Shown here: positions 1-7,295 of the stretch, in pieces
Layout: each line of letters opens with the position of its first letter
How positions within the stretch are numbered: position 1 is the first letter of the stretch
DNA from: Zygophlyctis sp. KS116
Lineage: Eukaryota; Fungi; Chytridiomycota
Reading direction: 5' to 3'
Length of the DNA: 10,144 nt
Assembly: GCA_054661495.1 (NCBI GenBank)
Contig: BAAFSQ010000334.1
Span: 1-10,144 of the forward strand
Notes under the pieces: model-generated
The model's database searches: none
Seen by the model: the letters and a program-made list of their open reading frames with translations, nothing else
What the model was told of the DNA's origin: nothing
Position numbers and translations under genes: made by a program

Positions 1-1302
1 ATTTAAACTGGCGAATAAGACAGAATTTAGATATTATCATCTTGAATTGAAATTTAGAGATGCTGATGTGTATAAAATAACCGGATATCTTGAATGTAAA
101 ATTTATAAACTTATCTTAGACATCAATTATCTATGGAATATTGAAGATCAAAATAACATTTTTTGGAATCCGTTCCCTTTAAAATTTCTCAGATTTGAAG
201 AAAAATCAAACTTTAGTCTTTCGGATAGCTATACCGTTACAATTAAAGGCACACAAATGAACAGTAAATTATTTGCAGATTTGCCGGTATGTGAGAACGG
301 AAATGCTCTGGGAAGATGGGTCAGGGGATCTCTAGTAGAAACGCATCATAATCAAAGTGTAAACATGCTTAAAAACGATTGGACCACTTTTAGAGATTCA
401 TCAACTCATTTTCAAGATGCAGAAGGGAAAATGTGGATTCCTTATGACTGTAAATATCTTCCAATTTCATATACTCAATTCACAAATCAATTATCAAAAT
501 CTAATGGCCATCTTCATTTCTATGGAGATTCCAATATAAGAAGACCACTTAAAGCATTTTCAACTCGTGGGGCATGGTGTAATACTATGAATGATCCCTT
601 TTCGATTGAATGCACTTGTGAAGATCATGGTCGGGCATCTGTTTCTATACCACAGCTAAATGATAACTCCGATCCCAACTATGTGTTTAATGTTGGAGGA
701 TCAGCAAACTTTTCATTGTATTGGTTAAGAGTTGAGGGATTCAGTTATGACAAGAGCCCTGATTTTTCAGAAAAATTAAGTCATCAGTCACAAACTTCCT
801 ATCATGCAACACTTGGTATTGAAAAGGTTCAAAAACCACTTGCAGTAATATTCAATCTCGGTAATTATCAATTTGTAATTTTAAGTGAATTGGGATGCAG
901 CGTTTCATAAATTTTCTGAATTTAAAACTCATTTTCCGTCACTTATAGCTGCTTTTAAAGAAAATTATCCTAAAATCCCTCTCATATTTCGCCCAGGACA
1001 ATTCTTTTGTTGTCGTAATTATCATGAATGAATTAATTTTAGATGCTGATTTTTCAGGACCGAAACGCACATTTACTAGATTAAAGGTTGAATCCTATAA
1101 CCAATATGCAATAAAAACTCTAAAAGAGGGACTTGGTGATCAACTTTTGATCTGGGACGTTTACTCATTGGGATCTGGACAATCTCAAAAAGAGAAATCT
1201 ATTATTGCCTCTTGTCCATCCAATCATATGCATCGAATTGGAACAGATCAAGAGAATATAATTCTGATGAATATGCTGCTATCCAAGGATCAAGTCTATT
1301 GA
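1..1302 (+). CDS. SGNH-fold PC-esterase-like protein (putative glycan O-acyl esterase/transferase), 5' end outside the window
   Basis: Frame is open from base 2. Exons <1-860 (possibly split by a 24-nt intron at 96-119), 886-1014 and 1043-1302 join ORFs 47..910 and 1024..1302 into one frame (...FNLVNWDAAF...FFCCHADFSG...). Motifs: GRWV...WIPYDC region, LHFYGDSN (GDS at 524-532), FNLVNWD, C-terminal CPSNHMH. The family call is by motif recognition only. Confidence 0.62.
96..119 (+). other. candidate 24-nt in-frame spliceosomal intron
   Basis: GTAAAATTTATAAACTTATCTTAG: GT..AG, very AT-rich, same size class as the other introns. It is 3n and stop-free, so the ORF does not require it. Confidence 0.6.
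861..885 (+). other. 25-nt spliceosomal intron
   Basis: GTAATTATCAATTTGTAATTTTAAG, phase 1. Removal extends the frame through NWDAAF. Confidence 0.8.
1015..1042 (+). other. 28-nt spliceosomal intron
   Basis: GTAATTATCATGAATGAATTAATTTTAG, phase 1. Removal joins the frame to ORF 1024..1302. Confidence 0.82.
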
Positions 1303-1374
1303 TGATCCTTCGGTGGCGTTGAATTTGATTTACTAAGAATTTTGCTGCTTATTGATCAACTGATTTCCCATCAA

Positions 1375-2325
1375 ATGAAGCGATTATTTTTCTTCTTGAC
1401 GATATTTTACATTTCGTCCTTCCAAGTAGTGGCAGCTCCATTCAATTTTGAGGGAACAGTGATTAGCACAAATAAACTATTTTTTCCGTTTGGACTACAT
1501 CAGTGGATTAGAAATACTCATAAATTCCCAAGGGAAGAAGTAGAAAAAAAGATTCATAGCCTGAAAGCCTCAAAGAAGAGAAAACTTTTATTATTCTGTG
1601 CAATTTATGGGAAGGAGGAATTACTATCAATTCTAACAAATAATCTTCAAATTACCCAAGTCGATATTAGGGTCATTACGAATACTGCGTTAAGATATAG
1701 AAAATACAATATTCTACCACACTTGGCCGATTTATATCCTTCAATTGTTTTTGAAATTATTCTTGGTAATGTGAAGATACGCAAACATGAAATTATACAG
1801 GTTGTAAAAAGCGTAGATCAAGTTAAATTACAAGAATTACCTAGTGAAATTTTGGAAAAACTTGCTAAAATCATGGGATTTCTTGGTGAAAATACATTAT
1901 TGTTTCAATTAGGATCATTTTCTCCTCAGATTGCATTCAAAGAAATTTTACTTTTGAGGAACTTGGAAGAAATATCCAGATTTATCTCTGAAAATTTACC
2001 AAACTTTTCTCTACAAGATAAAAAGGAGATTTACAAGTTGATTTTAGAATTTTACTATGATGATTCCCTTGAAGAAGGAATTATGACAGGTTTACAATCT
2101 GGATTATCAGTTCAAGATTTGGAAGAGTTGGAGGAATTTAGACAGAAAACACTGGAATCTCAATGTCACCTATGTATGACTAATATTAAAGAATGTTTTT
2201 TCTCTTGTAAAGATGCAAAGAAATACGGTCATGGAGCATGTTCAGATTGCTATTTTCATGTCATGCGACTCAAAGATCCGAAATGTCCTTGGTGTAGAAC
2301 TCCTATGAATGCTAATTATTGGTGA
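1375..2325 (+). CDS. Signal peptide + degenerate ankyrin-like helical region + C-terminal C3HC4 RING finger protein (putative E3 ubiquitin ligase), 316 aa
   Basis: First ATG at 1375 gives MKRLFFFLTIFYISSFQVVA-AP (basic n-region, hydrophobic h-region, VVA cleavage motif). RING at 2164-2295: CHLC-x10-C-x7-H-x2-CSDC-x11-CPWC. No intron is needed. Confidence 0.8.
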   Translation: MKRLFFFLTIFYISSFQVVAAPFNFEGTVISTNKLFFPFGLHQWIRNTHKFPREEVEKKIHSLKASKKRKLLLFCAIYGKEELLSILTNNLQITQVDIRVITNTALRYRKYNILPHLADLYPSIVFEIILGNVKIRKHEIIQVVKSVDQVKLQELPSEILEKLAKIMGFLGENTLLFQLGSFSPQIAFKEILLLRNLEEISRFISENLPNFSLQDKKEIYKLILEFYYDDSLEEGIMTGLQSGLSVQDLEELEEFRQKTLESQCHLCMTNIKECFFSCKDAKKYGHGACSDCYFHVMRLKDPKCPWCRTPMNANYW

Positions 2326-2341
2326 ATTTATATTTTATGAA

Positions 2342-2347
2342 AATAAA
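2342..2347 (+). promoter_or_regulatory. putative AATAAA polyadenylation signal of the RING gene
   Basis: AATAAA begins 16 nt after the TGA at 2323-2325. In AT-rich DNA this could be chance. Confidence 0.35.
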
Positions 2348-2353
2348 TGTAGA

Positions 2354-4723
2354 ATGTCCAATTTAAGTTTCGATCCTGGACCTTGCCAGTTGAATTTGAA
2401 GCGTTTCAAGTCGAAATGAATCAAACTATAGACTGGATAAATGCACAGCTCCGAAATTCCAAAGATCCGTTAGGAAAAGCGTCAATGATTCTAAATCAAG
2501 CGAATTCTGCAATTGATTTAAAAACACTGGAACTGCAATCCCTGGAAAAAGAAGCGTTTTCTTATTTGCCATCTGTGACTGGAAATTTGATACCGGAATT
2601 GATTTCTAAAACTAGGATTTTAAAGGAAAATAGCTCAAAATGTATTATAAATCCTGGTGAAAATCCAGAGTTGAATAGGCTCTTTATGTTGGATTTGGTC
2701 GTTTCACGAATGGAATTGACAAGGAATGCTCTAAAAGAAGCGTAAGCTGAACTACTTTAAGCCTTATAGGGAAAAATGGACTTCTTTTGCGATTGAAATG
2801 GATGCTATTTTTGATTCTGGGGAATATGAAAAGGCTGGTCAAAGGCTTAAAGTAGGATTGAAATATTTACAATTTAGGACGCAAGTGCTTCTCTAGATTT
2901 ACTCTCAGCAACTCCTGAATACGAAGAGCGGAAAAAGATTTTGGTGGAATTTCAAAACAAATTAGAGGATAATATTTACTCTAAAGTTCTTACATGTTAT
3001 GCTGATAAGGATGCAGAAGGGATGGCAAGGTTATACGATCTGTACAAATGTATACAAAAGGAATCAAAGTTTATGCAAGTATTAAGTGAGTCAAGGTCAA
3101 AATCTATTATAGAGGAATGGGAAACATTTGATATTGGAATGCATATTTCTTTCGAATCATCTTTTGTAAATTGGATAACAAAATTTTTAACCAAGAATGT
3201 GTTTGAAAGTCTTGTGATTGACTCTAACTGGGTTATTAGTGTGATTCCAAATTCTTATAATTTTCAAATGGATTATCTCGCACATATCTTTATTAAATTG
3301 GGACCTGAAATTCATGAAAGAGTTATGAAAATGTATGATAAAAATAAGTCTTTTAGTGGGATCAAGGATTTATATGAAGCTTGTGTCAGTTTTGGATCTA
3401 GCGTAGAGAAATATTTGCTTCCATTAGAGAATAATACTAATGTAGATATTGGTGAAACTGGAAAATGGGGACTAGACTTATTTAAAAGTTTTATTCCTTT
3501 TCAAATTGACTATGCTGAACACGAAAGGAGGGCAGCGTTAGATTATTTATCTGTTGCAATTTCAGATAATAAGAAGGCTAATAATTACTTGGTATTCTAT
3601 TTTAATGGTTGACTTTTAGGATATGGTTCGAGTTATGCCTGAAACTGTTACCCAATTGTTACTCTACGTGGAAAAAGCTATTGATCGATGTGGGACACTT
3701 ACAATGGGATTAAATACATGTGGACTTGTTGAAGCACTAAATGACTTTTTTTGTGGGATTGTTGATCGATTCTCTAAAATTCTTTTGCAAATTCGTTCAG
3801 AGACAGATGTGAATGATGTGATCCCTAAAAAAAATCTTGAAAATGGCGAAGGAATATATTCTAGAAATTCTTCGACTGAATTTGAAGATTTTGAAATCAA
3901 GAATGATGATATGGGACAACAAGAATGGGCGAATTTCCAGTTAGGACTCCGTTTTTTAGGAGTTAATCTAAAACTACAAGAAACTTTGACTGATTATCAA
4001 GGATATATAGTGAATTTGATTACACATGCTGAATTTAAATTTGGTAAAATTGGAAACTTTGACGGAAATACATGGAACAGCAGCGAATCTAGTTTATTAG
4101 CCCTTCAAGGTTCTGTATTAAATTCTCAAGATCAGTGGACAAGACTAAATTCTCTCAAAACAGATGATTTTGTATTCAAAACATCTTTAAAGGAAATCCA
4201 GTCATTTTCTATAAAGTCTCAGAAATACATTTACGATACTCTCTTTATGCCTATCAATCGCTTATTATCATCTGTTTCTGGCATGGATATATGGCAATCA
4301 ACATCTGTCTCAAATCCATCACCTTTTGATTTGGAACTTCCAAATTTTTCAATATCTCCCTTGGAGTATATTACACGTATTGGAGAACACTTGCTCTGTC
4401 TTCCTCAACAATTAGATTTGTATATGGATGATCCTTGCCTTTCCATGTCTCTTTCAACACTTCCATGGATAGATGAATCAACTTTAAATAGTCTTAAAGA
4501 TGATGATAATGTGATTGATGCTACATATGTCTGGATCACTTCAGTCTGTCGCGGAACTTTTACCATGTACTTGGAAACTGCGTCTTCTATTCCAACTCTT
4601 TCAAAATTGGGACGATCTCAATTACATACTGATATGGGATATCTCATAAACATTTTATCAGCAATGGACATTGAGCCATCTCAATCATTTTCAGAATTTC
4701 ATCAATCTTTACTTAATGATTAG
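2354..4723 (+). CDS. COG7: Conserved oligomeric Golgi complex subunit 7, about 754 aa
   Basis: Exons 2354-2366 (tentative), 2390-2741, 2770-2851, 2878-3591 and 3620-4723 form one frame. COG7-like segments: N-terminal FEAF...DWINAQL; LKEAEKWTSF...TPEYEERKKILVEFQNKLE; LPNFSISPLEYITRIGEHLLCLPQQLD; QLHTDMGYLINILSAMDIEPS. The start codon is uncertain. Confidence 0.88.
2367..2389 (+). other. candidate 23-nt intron in COG7
   Basis: GTTTCGATCCTGGACCTTGCCAG. Removal puts ATG 2354 in frame (MSNLIEFEAFQ...). The donor is weak and the GC content is higher than in the other introns. Confidence 0.5.
2742..2769 (+). other. 28-nt intron in COG7
   Basis: GTAAGCTGAACTACTTTAAGCCTTATAG, phase 2. Restores LKEAEKW. 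Confidence 0.9.
2852..2877 (+). other. 26-nt intron in COG7
   Basis: GTAGGATTGAAATATTTACAATTTAG, phase 0. Restores QRLK|DASASL in frame with ORF 2941..3612. Confidence 0.88.
3592..3619 (+). other. 28-nt intron in COG7
   Basis: GTATTCTATTTTAATGGTTGACTTTTAG, phase 0. Joins NNYL|DMVRV. Confidence 0.88.
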
Positions 4724-5002
4724 CAGCCAACCCTTCTTCTGATAAGAGATATTCCTTTCTGTGATAAAATTCAAATTTTGAATCTGCCCAAGATGACAAG
4801 AGCCAGTAAGCAGCCAAAGGAGGAATAATAAACATTGCCTGCTTTCTCATCTTGTTAAAGTAATTAAAAGCTCCAGGGTTTAAGAATCCGTGAAAGGTTT
4901 TCAGCTGAAAAGGTGAGACTCCATATTCATAAAATCCAACTTGTTTTTGTAAATGTCCCCAACTCTACATTATTAAGGAAGAAATTCGATTACTTTTGTC
5001 AT
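4713..5002 (-). CDS. QCR8: Cytochrome b-c1 complex (complex III) subunit 8, 86 aa; not in the supplied ORF track
   Basis: Exon 1 5002-4994 (ATG ACA AAA) and exon 2 4964-4713 translate to [86 protein letters not shown]. This has the Qcr8/UQCRQ pattern WGH..KQ.G...Y.VSPF....F.G......FN, then one transmembrane helix and a charged C-terminus. Confidence 0.92.
4965..4993 (-). other. 29-nt intron in QCR8
   Basis: Minus strand GTAATCGAATTTCTTCCTTAATAATGTAG, phase 0. Supplies the start codon in an AAAAATG context. Confidence 0.85.
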
Positions 5003-5056
5003 TTTTCAATGGACGCGATTTGGCTCAGGTCGTGGGTGGAACAGTCAACTTACGAT
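5003..5056. promoter_or_regulatory. putative 54-nt bidirectional promoter between QCR8 and the aconitase gene
   Basis: This is the only space between the divergent ATGs (5002 minus, 5057 plus). It is locally GC-enriched (GGACGCGATTTGGCTCAGGTCGTGGGTGG). Confidence 0.5.
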
Positions 5057-7295
5057 ATGGGACTAGAGAAATGGATCAGTAAATGGCAACAAAGGCCATC
5101 CAAAAGATTGAATTTGTCTCAAAAGATTTTATGGAATCATGCATTATCGCAGGATGGGGAGTATCTAAAACTGATTCCGGACAGAGTCGCAATGCAAGAT
5201 GCATCGGCCCAAATGGCAATATTACAATTTATGCTTGCGAAAAAAGGGAAAACTGCAGTGCCTTCGAGTATTCATTGCGATCATTTGATAAAGGCTGAAA
5301 TGGGTGCTGATCAAGATCTTGCAAAAGCAATCCATGAAGAAGATGAAATCTTTGCATTTCTTCAAAAAGCCTGTGAAAAATATGGTATTTCTTTTTGGAA
5401 ACCTGGTTCTGGGATAATTCATCAGATTGTATTGGAGAATTATGCAACTCCAGGGGGTTTAATGCTGGGAACTGATTCTCATACTCCAAATGCAGGGGGT
5501 GTAGGAATGTTGGCGATTGGTGTTGGAGGGGCAGATGCAGTGGATGCAATGGTTGGGATTCCTTGGGAGCTTAAGAAACCAAAAATTATGGGAGTTAATT
5601 TGACAGGAAAATTGTCAGGTTGGTCAAGTCCAAAAGATGTTATTTTAGAAATAGCCGGAAAACTAACAGTTCAAGTAAGATAAGAATTTTTAAATTTAAA
5701 GGGCGGGACTAATTACATTTTAGAATATTTTGGAGAAGGAGTTCAGTCACTTAGTTGCACAGGAATGGCTACTATCTGTAATATGGGAGCTGAAGTAGGA
5801 GCCACATCTTCATTGTTTCCATACACACTGGCAATGTCAAACTATCTTAAAATGAATAATAGGGAAGATATTGCTAATTTGGCTACAATCGCACATCAAA
5901 AAGGATTGCTAAGTGCTGATGAAAATTCTGATTATGATCAAATAATTGAAATAGACTTGACTAAAATTGAACCTAGAATCAATGGGCCATTTTCACCGGA
6001 TATTTCTACAACCATATCAGAATTTAAGAGTCGCGTAGAAGAAAAAGGTTGGAAAAATGAGATCGCTGCTGGATTAATTGGATCTTGTACAAATAGTTCC
6101 TATGAGGATATGTCGAAATGTGCTGATATAATCCGACAGGCAGAGGAAAAGGGCTTGAAGCCAAAGGCACAGTTTCTGGTAACTCCTGGTTCTGAGCAAA
6201 TTCGAGCAACTATCGAAAGAGATGGATATATGGAGTCATTCAAGTCTGCTGGCGCTGAAATATTATCTAACGCTTGTGGGCCCTGTATCGGACAATGGAA
6301 GAGAGAGCCTCAAACGGAGGAAAATGCAATCTTAACGTCTTTTAATCGCAATTTCAGGGGAAGAAATGATGGACAAGCTAAAACCATGAATTTTTTAGCA
6401 TCTCCTGAAATTGTTACATCAATGATTTATTCTGGAAAGCTTTCTTTTAATCCTCTATCAGATTATTTAGAATTAAATGATGGCACCAAATTTAGATTTA
6501 GCCCTCCCAAATCCGAGGAACTTCCTATTTCAGGATTTGAAAAAGGCCACCATAATTTGCAACCTTTGGAATCAGAGCCAAACCCAGACATTAATGTCGT
6601 GATTGACGCAAACTCTTCTCGTTTGCAACTTTTAGAACCTTTTAATTCTTGGGATGGAGCCGAATTCTCTAATCTACATGTTCTAATTAAAGTAGAGGGA
6701 AAGTGTACAACCGATCATATTTCAGCCGCAGGTCCTTGGTTAAAATATAAAGGTCATCTTGAAAATATCTCTAATAACACTCTTATTGGCGCTGTAAATG
6801 CATTCAATGGAAAAGTTAATTGCGCCGAGAATTCTTTTACAAAAATGGTATTTTTTATTAAATGAATAATTATAGGAGGATACAATTCCAAATGTTGCTC
6901 GGGATTATAAGAGCAGAAATGCATCGTGGGCTGTTGTCGCCGATCAAAATTATGGAGAAGGTTCTGCTAGGGAACATGCCGCACTTCAGCCTCGATATTT
7001 GGGATGCAAGATGATTATAGCACGTTCCTTTGCCAGAATTCATGAAACAAATTTAAAAAAGCAGGGAATAGTACCATTTACATTTGTAGATCCTAAAGAT
7101 TATGAAAAAATAAGCGATGGTTGCCTCATTGGAACAATCGGGTTGACCGATATTGCTCCAGGTTCTTCAGTTAGCTTGAAAGTCACTTATCACGATGGTA
7201 CATTTGTAGAATTACCTGTCAAGCATACGATGAGTGCTGATCAAATAGAGTATTTTAAACATGGTTCTGCACTTAATTTAATTGCAGCAGCTTAA
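5057..7295 (+). CDS. ACO2: Mitochondrial-type aconitase, fungal Aco2/homocitrate dehydratase subfamily, about 727 aa
   Basis: Exons 5057-5674, 5702-6847 and 6876-7295. Motifs: [35 protein letters not shown], Fe-S cysteines in [11 protein letters not shown] and [76 protein letters not shown] and GSARE match fungal Aco2 rather than Aco1 (DATAQ, YRGH, GSSRE). An alternative in-frame ATG lies at 5009. Confidence 0.9.
5675..5701 (+). other. 27-nt intron in the aconitase gene
   Basis: GTAAGATAAGAATTTTTAAATTTAAAG, phase 0, with an in-frame TAA. Restores the conserved LTVQ|GGT. Confidence 0.93.
6848..6875 (+). other. 28-nt intron in the aconitase gene
   Basis: GTATTTTTTATTAAATGAATAATTATAG, phase 0. 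Restores FTKM|[12 protein letters not shown]...[10 protein letters not shown]. Confidence 0.92.

Noticed and set aside
1302-1311. ATGATCCTTC complementary to the 3' end of 18S rRNA
   Set aside because: Only 10 nt with no further rRNA similarity; consistent with chance.
1342-1374. TTG start for the RING gene
   Set aside because: In a eukaryote the ATG at 1375 is the likely start, and it directly begins a signal peptide.
2997-3900. Minus-strand ORFs 2997..3194 and 3664..3900
   Set aside because: Short antisense shadows of COG7 with no recognisable motifs.
4913-5008. N-terminal extension of aconitase from GTG 4913
   Set aside because: Non-ATG start, no aconitase similarity, and the region is the antisense of QCR8.
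5675-5701. Stop-codon reassignment or readthrough (ciliate-like genetic code) explaining in-frame stops
   Set aside because: In-frame stops fall only inside intron-like segments whose removal restores conserved motifs. TAA, TAG and TGA all terminate genes here.
5083-6209. ORFs 5083..5298 (+), 5222..5422, 5229..5549 and 6024..6209 (-)
   Set aside because: Alternative-frame or antisense shadows inside the conserved aconitase CDS.
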